Positions 7,844 to 17,006 of a stretch of 48,194 nt of DNA are shown one piece after another (the first letter of the stretch is position 1; each line of letters opens with the position of its first letter). Location: IMG/VR virus record IMGVR_UViG_3300022917_000014, positions 1-48,194 of that record; one strand, given 5' to 3'. The position numbers and the translations under genes are program-made. The notes beneath the pieces are model-generated. The model was not told where the DNA came from. It did no database searches and saw only the letters and a program-made list of their open reading frames with translations. The stretch is from a virus. Taxonomy: Duplodnaviria > Caudoviricetes.

Positions 7844-9824
7844 TATTGTCGGTGTTTGCTGTCTCGTCATCATCGCCCGGTGTGTCGCTGCCTGGGTTGT
7901 CGCTACCACCTGCGGCGCCACCGCCTACTGGGTTGGTATTGCCCAGTGCATTAAGCTGCAGGACGGGCTTTTCTGCCGTCAACATATCGATGTACTCCTG
8001 CACTTTCGCGTCCACCAGCTTTTTCTGCTGTGGTATGCTGACCATAAAATAAAATTTGGGGTCGGTCAGTTCCAACTCCCGGAAAATCGCTTCAAAGTTG
8101 TAGTAAAGCACCTTTGACGCCTTCGGCACGAACTCGCTGGCCGCAGCGTCCGCCGTTTCTTCGGGCGATTTGCCTATGAACGGGTAGTACCTACGCTTTA
8201 CCCTGTATTTGACCATAGCAAGCTCGTCGCCGGCAAAAACCTGGTTTGCCAGATCGTCGTCGATGGCCTCAATGATGAACGCCGGCGCACCACTATCCAC
8301 TGCGACCTTGCGTTCAGACTGCAACATGCTGCTGGTCTTCAGCTTGTAGTCCAGAAATTCGTGTGTTACCTCGATCACTTCGGGCTTTTCGCCAGCCAGA
8401 CCGCCGAACAGTATCGTAAATTCCCGCCATGTCTCGCTGTACTTCTCAGTGAACGGGTCCAGGGCATCGTACACGCTTTCCATGTTGTAGTCGGCCTCTG
8501 TGGCGGTCTGTATGGGCTGTCCCGTAGCTCCCGGGCTTCCGGCTTTCTTTACGAACACCTGGCTATTGAATACCGCCTGATGTGCCTGGCGTTCCAGTTG
8601 TTGGGTGTACTCGTTCTGGAACTTTATTAGCTCAATGGGCGGTGTCTTGTACACCATCAGGCCATTGAGGTCCAGCATATCCTCTTTTGTTTGAGGCATA
8701 GGCAGCAGCACCGCATCCTGGGCCGTCGTGTGGACCTTAAAGCCGGTGCCCTTACATGCTCCGCACTCCTTGCCATCCATCGTCCGGCCTCCGTTACACT
8801 TTTGCTCCCGGCTCATCCCTACGCACTTTTGCACGTACTGGAACTTCTGCGGGAAGGTGTGCAGGGTCATCGTGAGGTCAAGCTCTGAAACTGTTTTCAG
8901 TGTCTTCTCGAAAAAACACAGGGCATCATGCCACGGGTTCACAAAGGTGCGGGCTTTGGTCACATCATCCCGTTTGTAGCCGATGCGGATAACCGGTGGA
9001 TAACTCAGGTTCGGGGTATATGTGCGGACGATAAACGTCTGTTGGTTTATAACCTCCGTTGTCTCCCCTGGCTGCAGTGTATATGTCTTCAGGAAATCGG
9101 GGTCGGCCTGTTCAAATACCACGGTTACGTCCTCGTCGTACAGCGTCCACCTGAAACCGTCCTTTTTGGCATTACCCGCTGGCGTGATCACTCCGGCCGC
9201 CTTATTGGGGTTGCTGTTTGTGGTGCCGCTGGTCGTCTCTACCTTGCCAGCCTTGTATCGTATTGGCTGCTGTATCAAAAGCCACTTTATTTCATCATTG
9301 ACCACCAAAAAGTTGACAGCCTGGTCTGCTGGCACCTCAAACGGTTTGGGCTGCACACGGGTCGCCAGGTCTGCCGGCGTATCCCATTCCACCACTATCC
9401 AGGTATTGGGGTCGATAAATTGCAGTTCAGTAAAACGGGTTTTCATCCAATAGTCCAGGCCCCTGTTTTTCTTCCTGCGCGATCCATAAAAGCCTTTTTG
9501 CATGGCCGCAATCAATTCGTCCCGGCCCGTGCCCGCCGTGGTCTTCACGGCCTTACGGATACGATCATTACGGGTAACCTTACTGAACGGGGTGCGGATA
9601 CTTGACGCGACCGCCGGGGTGATGCTTTTCGTCAGTCGCAGGCGTTGCTGGAACAGGGCATCATCTTCTCGCTGCACGAACGGCCGCAGCTTCTTATCTA
9701 TGTCCTTGCCGGTAATGAAAATACGGTAATCGTTGGCAAGGTCAACCGTTCGCTGGTAGTCCTCGTGTTTTTCTCCCGTATAGATCAGTCGGCGGGTGAG
9801 TATTAGCGCGTCAGGTAGTTGCAT
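7815..9824 (-). CDS. Portal protein with DnaJ-type zinc-finger insertion (669 aa)
   Basis: Size and position between terL and head genes; acidic disordered tail; C..CNGG..CGACKGTG motif. Confidence 0.7.
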   Translation of the reverse strand: MQLPDALILTRRLIYTGEKHEDYQRTVDLANDYRIFITGKDIDKKLRPFVQREDDALFQQRLRLTKSITPAVASSIRTPFSKVTRNDRIRKAVKTTAGTGRDELIAAMQKGFYGSRRKKNRGLDYWMKTRFTELQFIDPNTWIVVEWDTPADLATRVQPKPFEVPADQAVNFLVVNDEIKWLLIQQPIRYKAGKVETTSGTTNSNPNKAAGVITPAGNAKKDGFRWTLYDEDVTVVFEQADPDFLKTYTLQPGETTEVINQQTFIVRTYTPNLSYPPVIRIGYKRDDVTKARTFVNPWHDALCFFEKTLKTVSELDLTMTLHTFPQKFQYVQKCVGMSREQKCNGGRTMDGKECGACKGTGFKVHTTAQDAVLLPMPQTKEDMLDLNGLMVYKTPPIELIKFQNEYTQQLERQAHQAVFNSQVFVKKAGSPGATGQPIQTATEADYNMESVYDALDPFTEKYSETWREFTILFGGLAGEKPEVIEVTHEFLDYKLKTSSMLQSERKVAVDSGAPAFIIEAIDDDLANQVFAGDELAMVKYRVKRRYYPFIGKSPEETADAAASEFVPKASKVLYYNFEAIFRELELTDPKFYFMVSIPQQKKLVDAKVQEYIDMLTAEKPVLQLNALGNTNPVGGGAAGGSDNPGSDTPGDDDETANTDNNGKGDTPTS

Positions 9825-9851
9825 GTGGAAAAATATTTGATCAAATGTAAC

Positions 9852-9878
9852 AAAAAAGCCCCGACGCATGGCCGGGGC
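9852..9878 (-). terminator. Intrinsic terminator
   Basis: GCCCCGGC-CATGC-GTCGGGGC-TTTTTT on the minus strand. Confidence 0.85.
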
Positions 9879-9897
9879 ATATCCTGGTTTCAATGTC

Positions 9898-10152
9898 TTA
9901 CACGCTCGTAATGGCGGCCCACGCGCTGCCATTGTAGAAATTGAGCTTTTTCGTTGTGCTGTTGTAAATAATCAGCCCTTCCGGTACTCCGGTCAGCGCA
10001 TCCCGCACGGTGGTCGTGTACCAGGGGAAAAGCGACTTTTGTGCTGCTGCGATGCTGGTAAGCGTTCCCGCTGCCAGGTTGTCCAAAATATCAGTCTTTT
10101 CAAAGACCTTTTTGATTTCCGCCAGGTTCTTCGGCGATACTGTTGTGGCCAT
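9898..10152 (-). CDS. Small protein with a Bacteroidota fibre-type motif (possible virion decoration)
   Basis: PWYTTTVRDAL...GLIIYNSTTKKLNFYNGSAW resembles the recurrent 'P.mTtaqR.ai..pa.Gl.iYnt......y.g..W' motif. Confidence 0.55.
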   Translation of the reverse strand: MATTVSPKNLAEIKKVFEKTDILDNLAAGTLTSIAAAQKSLFPWYTTTVRDALTGVPEGLIIYNSTTKKLNFYNGSAWAAITSV

Positions 10153-10178
10153 AGCTGTAAAATTTTAAGTGAATGTAC

Positions 10179-10203
10179 AAAAAAGCCGGCATTGCTGCCG
10201 GCC
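10179..10203 (-). terminator. Intrinsic terminator
   Basis: GCCGGCA-GCAA-TGCCGGC-TTTTTT on the minus strand. Confidence 0.85.
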
Positions 10204-10271
10204 TCTGGTAGTTGTGGTAACTGCTCACCGCCTAAATAAGTGACCACAAATATACGGCATGTTAGTATATA

Positions 10272-11861
10272 CTACTGTAAGGGCTTCCAGTACGCGCCCC
10301 CTGATGCCTGCGCGCGCGACTTAACGGACGTTTTACTGACCGTTCCGCCTGCACCATCCGGGAATACTGACAGGTTTACCATATCGCCAGACCATAGCCT
10401 GGTGATGATGGCCGCCAATGGTTCGGTATTTGTCTGGCTGCGGGCTTCCACTTCACCATCTGCAGGGTAGTACAGCACTGTTTCGCCGATTTGTGGCACC
10501 GGTGCAGTGTATGGTAAAACGGTCACCTTTATGCTGTCCTTTGCCTTCGCGCCTTTGTTGTCGGTCACTTCCACCGAAAAATCATAGATACCGGGCACTA
10601 ATCCCGATGCGGTCATTTCGCCGATCAGGTTGTCGTCCGTGGATATAGTGGCAGTGTTGGGTCCGCTCACCTGCGCCCACTTCACGCCCGCGATACTTCC
10701 ATCGGGGTCGCTTGCTGCCGCTTTCAAAATAACCTTTTCAGGCGCATCGGTCAGGGTAACATCAGCACCAGCATTGACCACTGGCACCTGGTTACTATCG
10801 GCCTTGTAAGTCACGATTGAGGTAGCCGTATCAGTCTTTCCATTTACGTCCATCACCGTGATGGATATTGCCCAGGAATCCCCGTCTTTGGGGTTGTTAA
10901 ACTTAAACGTTCGCTGTGCATACTTGACCCCGCCCGGTGTGTCATAGGGCTGCACCAGGTTCCAGTTATTGCCGTTTTGAGGTGTCACACCCCATAAAAC
11001 TGCATCCCACGGGTACGTGTCGCCGGACTTCTTTACCCCGACGCTTTGGGTGGCATCGAACTGTACTGTTGTTTCACTGGTAACAATATCACCAGGCATC
11101 AGTACGGCCTTAAGTGTTTGCACCACGGGTTTGGAAAAGGCATATCTGCTGCCCTTTTTAGCCGCCAGCATGAACTCGTATATATTCATCGGCGCCCCCC
11201 ATATACTTTCCCTGTATGAAGGGTTGTAAAACGACTGCCACATGCCATGACCGCCCGCGTAGATCGTTATGCGGCTATTGCCTGGTGCCACCTGGTTGAC
11301 CTTAGCGTCCAATGTTTTCAGGTTTGCTGTATAGCTGCCGTCAATGTTGCCACTGAACCCCCACAGGCGTATCATTTGGGCCGCCATTGCCGCAGCATTG
11401 CCCAGGTTGCCCGTACTGGCCGGGCTCATTGGCACACCTGCAGCATACAAGTCCATCACCCCGGTGGTCGTCAGCCCTTCCATTGTGGTCGCTCCGCCCG
11501 CAGACAGACCGGTCACATAGATCATATTTTTGTCAATCTGCGGATATGTCGGCAGCACCTCGGTGCGAACCGCATAGGCTGAATTGACCGCCGATGGCGA
11601 CCATCCACCGTTTAACAAGGCCAGCACGAAAAACCGCACAGGCTTTTTTGTCTCCGGATCGGTAAACACGAATTTGTTGCCGGCTTTGATAAAGGGAATG
11701 GGCCCGTTTTCTTCCAGCCATGCCTCGTTGGCCCCTACGCCGTGGTTCATAACCAGCAGGGCGCAGGGGTCGGTGTTCGTTGCCAGGTCATCCGGCGCGT
11801 GCAGGATGCCGTAAAGGGTGGCACCAGTTGCGGCCACCTTCCATTGCTTTCTTGTAAACAT
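10272..11861 (-). CDS. Alpha/beta-hydrolase (esterase) fused to PKD/Ig-like domains and a small C-terminal phage domain
   Basis: HGVG oxyanion segment, GLSAGG nucleophile elbow, candidate Asp (GNIDG) and His (GGHG); PVVNAGAD...SDPDG...WAQVSGP...VTDNKGA PKD/REJ-type repeat. Confidence 0.8.
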   Translation of the reverse strand: MFTRKQWKVAATGATLYGILHAPDDLATNTDPCALLVMNHGVGANEAWLEENGPIPFIKAGNKFVFTDPETKKPVRFFVLALLNGGWSPSAVNSAYAVRTEVLPTYPQIDKNMIYVTGLSAGGATTMEGLTTTGVMDLYAAGVPMSPASTGNLGNAAAMAAQMIRLWGFSGNIDGSYTANLKTLDAKVNQVAPGNSRITIYAGGHGMWQSFYNPSYRESIWGAPMNIYEFMLAAKKGSRYAFSKPVVQTLKAVLMPGDIVTSETTVQFDATQSVGVKKSGDTYPWDAVLWGVTPQNGNNWNLVQPYDTPGGVKYAQRTFKFNNPKDGDSWAISITVMDVNGKTDTATSIVTYKADSNQVPVVNAGADVTLTDAPEKVILKAAASDPDGSIAGVKWAQVSGPNTATISTDDNLIGEMTASGLVPGIYDFSVEVTDNKGAKAKDSIKVTVLPYTAPVPQIGETVLYYPADGEVEARSQTNTEPLAAIITRLWSGDMVNLSVFPDGAGGTVSKTSVKSRAQASGGAYWKPLQ

Positions 11862-11887
11862 AAAAGTTCTATTTTTTGGTTTGGAAA

Positions 11888-13471
11888 TCAGTCTATATAG
11901 TCGCGGGCAAGCTCACAGACCAGGTATTCCACGGCATCGGTCGGGTGGCCGCGCTTCTCGTAGTGGGCACCGGTGGCCTCGTCCTTAACCTTCTCTTTTA
12001 CCTTACCTAATGGCCCCAGTTTCACATGTTCAAAGTCTTCAATTGTCTGTTCGCACGCCTCGTCAATTTCCAGTTCAATGTACGGGATTTTTCCGCCCAG
12101 TATTTTGTTAAGCAGGTCCCGGCGCTTCAGCGGTGATATATTCGTGCCCTTGACCTTCATACTGTCGTTGTGAATGAACCTGTACAGCTTGTCCTCAATA
12201 ATACCGTAGTTGGTCAGGCTACCCAGGCCCGGTATCCTGTTCCGGCCGCTGGCATCGCCGTAATAATCCACGTCAATGCCGTACTCATGATCAGCGATAA
12301 AGTGTTCACAACACGCATCTGTGGTGTTCTCAGGGCTTACCAGGCAGTACTCCCTGTATATCCGTATTCGCATTACCTGTATGGCCTTGTCTCCCGGCTC
12401 AGGCTGGTAGTGCTTTTCCCCGGCCTCACTCAGGTATCGCGTGACAAATTCCAGTTGGGCGCATATCAGGGTCATGAAGGGAACGACGTTAAAGTCCCAT
12501 GTGGTCAACACACCGGTGCCTGGTAGGAAGGAAACAGGCTTCACATGTATGTCCCGCCGGAAAGTGGGGTAATACTCCCCGCCGGTCTTGCCGAACGGGT
12601 AACCATAGACCACCCGCAGGACCTTCTCAAAGTCGGGCGCGTTCTTTTCCCGGTTGGTTATGTAGTTCGGTGGCAGGTTCGGCTGGTTGTGGTGACTGCT
12701 GTATACGCATACAGCCTTATCGCCATCATCATACCTGAAAAAGTCCTTTTCCTTCCTCAGCACCCGCTTTTTAATGTCCTTTGCGTGTTTGCGCAGGTCG
12801 AACATATCATTTAGCCATTCCACGCCACCCTTAGCAGGTGAGGTGTGTATGTACAACGGGTTCCAGCCTGTCCAGCCCCGGGCCTCAGCCCCTACCTCGT
12901 CGATAGTATCGTCGAACCATATCACGCCTGCACGATCATACCACAGGCCAAACTGCCGTAACCTTCCCTCGATCACCTCGGTGACGGCCTCCATTTTCGT
13001 GTCTTTGGTCTCGTCCAGGTGAGCATATCCAAACTCTTTACCATCGTGGGCCATGTAGTTCTCTAACGATCCTATGAATATCAGGGCACCGTTGTGAAAA
13101 CTGATTGTGCCGTTATACCGGTTACCCAGGTCGTGCAGCTTTTTAAAGTGAGGTGGCGGCATCCGGTCGATGACGAACGCGCCCCGGGGGTTGCTCTTTG
13201 GGTGGTACATCGTATAGCCCCATATTTCTTTCCATGCCTTGTACACGCCCACCAGCGTGGACTGCGAAAGCTGCATGTTCGTATTTGCACCTATAAACCC
13301 GCGGACCTGCGGGAAATCCGACGCCATCATGCCCGATGATATGCCAATCGTGCGGGTTTTCCCACCTCCCTGGCCAGCTATCTCAGCGATTTTTGCGGCA
13401 CGGCTGGCCAGCACGAACTCCTGCGGCTCGCTGATTTCCTCCACCGTGTCCTGGTACTGTACTTCACTCAT
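11888..13471 (-). CDS. terL: Terminase large subunit
   Basis: Walker A AGQGGGKT, Walker B AHLDE, nuclease WDFN...GDASG...HPTDAVEY. Confidence 0.9.
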   Translation of the reverse strand: MSEVQYQDTVEEISEPQEFVLASRAAKIAEIAGQGGGKTRTIGISSGMMASDFPQVRGFIGANTNMQLSQSTLVGVYKAWKEIWGYTMYHPKSNPRGAFVIDRMPPPHFKKLHDLGNRYNGTISFHNGALIFIGSLENYMAHDGKEFGYAHLDETKDTKMEAVTEVIEGRLRQFGLWYDRAGVIWFDDTIDEVGAEARGWTGWNPLYIHTSPAKGGVEWLNDMFDLRKHAKDIKKRVLRKEKDFFRYDDGDKAVCVYSSHHNQPNLPPNYITNREKNAPDFEKVLRVVYGYPFGKTGGEYYPTFRRDIHVKPVSFLPGTGVLTTWDFNVVPFMTLICAQLEFVTRYLSEAGEKHYQPEPGDKAIQVMRIRIYREYCLVSPENTTDACCEHFIADHEYGIDVDYYGDASGRNRIPGLGSLTNYGIIEDKLYRFIHNDSMKVKGTNISPLKRRDLLNKILGGKIPYIELEIDEACEQTIEDFEHVKLGPLGKVKEKVKDEATGAHYEKRGHPTDAVEYLVCELARDYID

Positions 13472-14040
13472 TCCTCAATGATTTGTTGGGTAGTCGTTTC
13501 CCTGGTCTGGAAGATAGTGCGGCGTATTATCGTGGTGCTGCTGGTCTTCTCGCCGTTGTTGTAGTTATTCACCTGCAGGGCTGCGGTCGCGGTTGCGCCC
13601 GCCATTGGATCACCAGGCCCCAGGAACTTCATGCGCTTTTCAATGCAGCGTTCCACGCCCTTCAGGAACTCGTGTTCCCCGGCCTCGGTCTTCACCATCT
13701 TACCGCCTTTTTTCTGCTGCTTTGTTGATCGGTCCCAGGCTTCCCAGTACTCTCGTTCCAGCCGGTTCAGCTTTTGAATTTCCACGGCGATGTAGTCCTG
13801 TATCAGTGCGCTTTTTTGGGCGATGCAGTCGGCGATTGCCTTGTCGATTACCTTGCCGACATACGTACGGTGGAACTTATGGCCCTCAATCTTCGTAGCC
13901 TCGTCTGCCACTTCCTGCTGACTGTACCCCCGCATGTACAGCGTTACAATCGTATTGGACCACCTCGCTTTTCTCAGTTTCACGGGGGAATTTGGGGCTT
14001 TGTCCATGACTTCAGCCCGGTTTTTTCCTTTTCTTTTCAT
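13468..14040 (-). CDS. terS: Terminase small subunit (HTH)
   Basis: N-terminal HTH (LYMRGYSQQEVA), LNRLEREYWEAW and CIEKRMKFLG segments; overlaps the terL start. Start may instead be 14007. Confidence 0.65.
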   Translation of the reverse strand: MKRKGKNRAEVMDKAPNSPVKLRKARWSNTIVTLYMRGYSQQEVADEATKIEGHKFHRTYVGKVIDKAIADCIAQKSALIQDYIAVEIQKLNRLEREYWEAWDRSTKQQKKGGKMVKTEAGEHEFLKGVERCIEKRMKFLGPGDPMAGATATAALQVNNYNNGEKTSSTTIIRRTIFQTRETTTQQIIEE

Positions 14041-14148
14041 CTTTCTTTCAGTTTTGCCAATGAAAAACACCAGTCAGTCAGTTGCCACGCTGCTGCTGGT
14101 GTTACAAATTACGCTGTTTCCGTGCAAAAATTAAGAGAAAGCGTGCAA

Positions 14149-14433
14149 TTATGGGGCGTCGTACTCCTTAATGGCATGTTTCAACCTGAAAACAATGTCT
14201 TCCGTCACGGCGTCCTTAATCGGTCGTAGCTGCTCTATTAGCTGCATGGCGACCTCTACCAGGGCGTTGCCCTTCTCTGCCCACTCCGTGGCCCCTTTAG
14301 TGTATGCGGCCATTTCCTGGTCTGTGCGTGTGGGTAGCGTTCCGTTGTAGGGCTTGTATGACCACGCATAATTGCGGGCGGCGATTGTCATGCGGTCGGC
14401 TTGTTTCCGGGCCCGCTCCTTTTTGCCCATCAT
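14149..14433 (-). CDS. Hypothetical protein
   Basis: 94 aa; ATGA-type coupling with the upstream gene. Confidence 0.6.
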   Translation of the reverse strand: MMGKKERARKQADRMTIAARNYAWSYKPYNGTLPTRTDQEMAAYTKGATEWAEKGNALVEVAMQLIEQLRPIKDAVTEDIVFRLKHAIKEYDAP

Positions 14434-14930
14434 GATTTAGGGGCGTTTTCTGGCATTTCTCGACCATACCATTTTTCCCGGCCATTCACTGCTAAGTTGA
14501 AGCTGTTAAGGCAGTCCTGCATGAAGCCGGCCAGGATAAAGTCGGGCGTGTCGCTGGCGTTTTCCATGCTGTACCTATTGACCAGGCTTTCAAGTTCCCC
14601 TATGAACGTGGGAGGCTTTGCTGGCCCCATTGCCATCATAGCGTCATGGTTAGCCAGCACCTCCTGGCCTTCCTCTATAACCTCACCCAACTTTGATATT
14701 TCCGGGGTACAGGTTTCAGGAATAGATACATCAGCCTGTAAAAGTCTTAGGTAGGGCAGGGCTGCCTTAATCACTCCGGCCCAATCGTTTGCGTGTCTTT
14801 GCATGGTAGTTTGTTTTTGTGCGCGCAGTTTGGCTGCGCATGATTTAGAACAACATAGGCCCCACCCTCTTTTAAGATTGCGATTATCTGCCTGGTAGGG
14901 CCTTCTGCAATAATCGCAGTTCCTGATCAT
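14430..14930 (-). CDS. Hypothetical protein with N-terminal CxxC...CSxxC zinc finger
   Basis: ATG at 14930 overlaps the upstream stop; CDYC...CCSKSC. Confidence 0.6.
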   Translation of the reverse strand: MIRNCDYCRRPYQADNRNLKRGWGLCCSKSCAAKLRAQKQTTMQRHANDWAGVIKAALPYLRLLQADVSIPETCTPEISKLGEVIEEGQEVLANHDAMMAMGPAKPPTFIGELESLVNRYSMENASDTPDFILAGFMQDCLNSFNLAVNGREKWYGREMPENAPKS

Positions 14931-15439
14931 GGGAATGTGACTTTGTGCCCGCAATCGCTGCATACGTAAGTTTCTGTACCTGCAGGGCCGCCGCCGGCAT
15001 AGAACTGAAATTCGCCTGTATCGCATTCAGTGCATGGAAATTCAGCGTTTCGGTTGGCTGCAAATGGCTGGTAGGTAGATGGTCGATACCTCACAACATA
15101 GTCCCTAAGTCCATTTTCCTGGGCACCCTGTTCATCGTTGTATCCCCACCTGCCCAACTCCCACGGGGAAATAATCAGGCGATTGCTTTCGGTGATAACG
15201 TTGTAAAAACCTTCCTTTTCGGGCATTGTAGTGTGTTCGACCCACAAATCATTGGCCTGGCCACCGGCCCAGTCGTCCAGTGTCAGGCCAGCCTCCACTC
15301 CATACCGCTGAAACTTCAGGCTTTTTTGTTCCCGGGGCAACCCCATACGGTCCTGCTGGCGGCGCCGACGGTCTTTAAAGCGTCGGGTTTCCCGTTTTTC
15401 TTTCGTCAGGGCTTTGGCCCCCTTGCTCTTTTGCTTCAT
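14927..15439 (-). CDS. Hypothetical protein with C-terminal zinc ribbon
   Basis: CTEC...CSDC motifs. Confidence 0.6.
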   Translation of the reverse strand: MKQKSKGAKALTKEKRETRRFKDRRRRQQDRMGLPREQKSLKFQRYGVEAGLTLDDWAGGQANDLWVEHTTMPEKEGFYNVITESNRLIISPWELGRWGYNDEQGAQENGLRDYVVRYRPSTYQPFAANRNAEFPCTECDTGEFQFYAGGGPAGTETYVCSDCGHKVTFP

Positions 15440-15611
15440 GTTTGAATAATTTGTATTGCCGGCATCTGCTGGCAAGTAGTTCAAAAATGGCGGTTAGCCA
15501 CTCGGCGCCGCCCTGTTTATCGAAATCCATCATTGTGGGCATAGTGTCGAATAGTGGCCCTTGCAGGCGGCACACGTTGCAGTGGATGCAGTTAAAACAG
15601 GATGCTTTCAT
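15375..15611 (-). CDS. Hypothetical Cys-rich protein
   Basis: MKASCFNCIHCNVC; ATGA overlap with the upstream gene. Confidence 0.55.
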   Translation of the reverse strand: MKASCFNCIHCNVCRLQGPLFDTMPTMMDFDKQGGAEWLTAIFELLASRCRQYKLFKHEAKEQGGQSPDERKTGNPTL

Positions 15612-15814
15612 GGCGTGCCTTTGATGTATTTGATCATATAGTCGCCTCTTTTGTAGTCCAACCACATATTACCACCAAATACATCACGAAGCCCAATTGC
15701 TTCGGCACGATGTAGTGCAATTGTCTTTCTTCCATCAGGGTAGGTTACACGGTAGAACGGCCAGTCTTTTACCCTTGCCATCCACCATATACGCAGCTTA
15801 TATAGCTTTTTCAT
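15608..15814 (-). CDS. Hypothetical protein
   Basis: 68 aa ORF in operon context. Confidence 0.55.
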   Translation of the reverse strand: MKKLYKLRIWWMARVKDWPFYRVTYPDGRKTIALHRAEAIGLRDVFGGNMWLDYKRGDYMIKYIKGTP

Positions 15815-15824
15815 GAAAAACGGG

Positions 15825-17006
15825 TTATTTAGTGATTATTCGCAGCCCCTCCGGGGTCCTCACCCGGGACAGGGCTACATACATTTGGCCTCTTTGAAAG
15901 CAGGCACGGCGCAAATCCACCGTTACCTCGTCGAAGGTGAGCCCCTGCGATTTGTGGATGGACAGGGCATACGCCAGCTTTATGGGGTACTGGGTAATAC
16001 TGCCCAGTTCTTCCAGTTCCAGCATATCCTTGCCCTTGTTGTACACGTACTGCTTTTTGGTGATGGTGACCTGTTCCAATGCGAAATTGGTGTCATTCAC
16101 CCGTATGAAGTGGCAACCGTTGTGCGATACGAAGGTGCCCAGTGTTCCATTGCGCAGCGGGTTCTCCTTACTATTCACCAGGTACATGATCTTACACCCG
16201 TTTTTTACCTTGACTTCCTGTTCCAGATTGAAGTCCTGCGGCCTGGCTGTGCCGGTTATGATGGCGTCGAAGGTGAACAGGTCGCCGGACTGTTGGTTTA
16301 GTCCGTGATCGTTGTACATAGCCACTGTGGCCTTGTGTGGGGCAATCACAATGCCCTTTGTTTCCGTGGCCACGAACTGCTTAAAGTACGGGGATTTCAG
16401 GCCGTCCCGCACCATGTTCAGGGCTTCTATAAACTCCTGGTTTGACTGGCGCAGTACCTCGTCCAGCTCAATCACCCGCACCTTTAGTTTTGCGAATATC
16501 ATGGCAAAGGTGAAGGCATCGCCGTCGTATGTCTCATATAGCACCGAACGCTCGTTATCGTCCAGGATCGGCGGCAACTGCTTAAGGTCACCGACAAAGA
16601 TCATTTGCTTTTTATCCAGGCCAGACATGCCGTTCTTTTTCATGGTCCAGTGCATCCCGTCCAGTATGTCAGGGCGTAGCATACTCACCTCGTCGATCAC
16701 GATGGTGTCCACCTTACGCAATAGCTGCTTTGACCCGGCATTCAGAAAATTGGTCTTTTCAAATGACTGCACCCCGAACGGGTTCAGCCTAAACATTGAA
16801 TGGATGGTCTGGCCGTCGATATTGTTGGCAGCGATGCCGGTCGGTGCCACGGCCACTACCTTGCCGCCCAGTTCGGTGATGATCTCTATAGCCCGGCGCA
16901 CAATGTACGATTTGCCGGTGCCCGCTTTCCCGGTCAGGAATATATTATCACCGTTGGCCACAGCCTGTAGGAACTCCGCCTGTTTTGATGTCAGCACCGC
17001 ATCCAT
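15825..17006 (-). CDS. PIF1/RecD-like SF1B DNA helicase
   Basis: TGKAGTGKS, APTGIAA, DEVSM, GDLKQLPP, HKSQGLT and YVALSR motifs. Confidence 0.92.
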   Translation of the reverse strand: MDAVLTSKQAEFLQAVANGDNIFLTGKAGTGKSYIVRRAIEIITELGGKVVAVAPTGIAANNIDGQTIHSMFRLNPFGVQSFEKTNFLNAGSKQLLRKVDTIVIDEVSMLRPDILDGMHWTMKKNGMSGLDKKQMIFVGDLKQLPPILDDNERSVLYETYDGDAFTFAMIFAKLKVRVIELDEVLRQSNQEFIEALNMVRDGLKSPYFKQFVATETKGIVIAPHKATVAMYNDHGLNQQSGDLFTFDAIITGTARPQDFNLEQEVKVKNGCKIMYLVNSKENPLRNGTLGTFVSHNGCHFIRVNDTNFALEQVTITKKQYVYNKGKDMLELEELGSITQYPIKLAYALSIHKSQGLTFDEVTVDLRRACFQRGQMYVALSRVRTPEGLRIITK

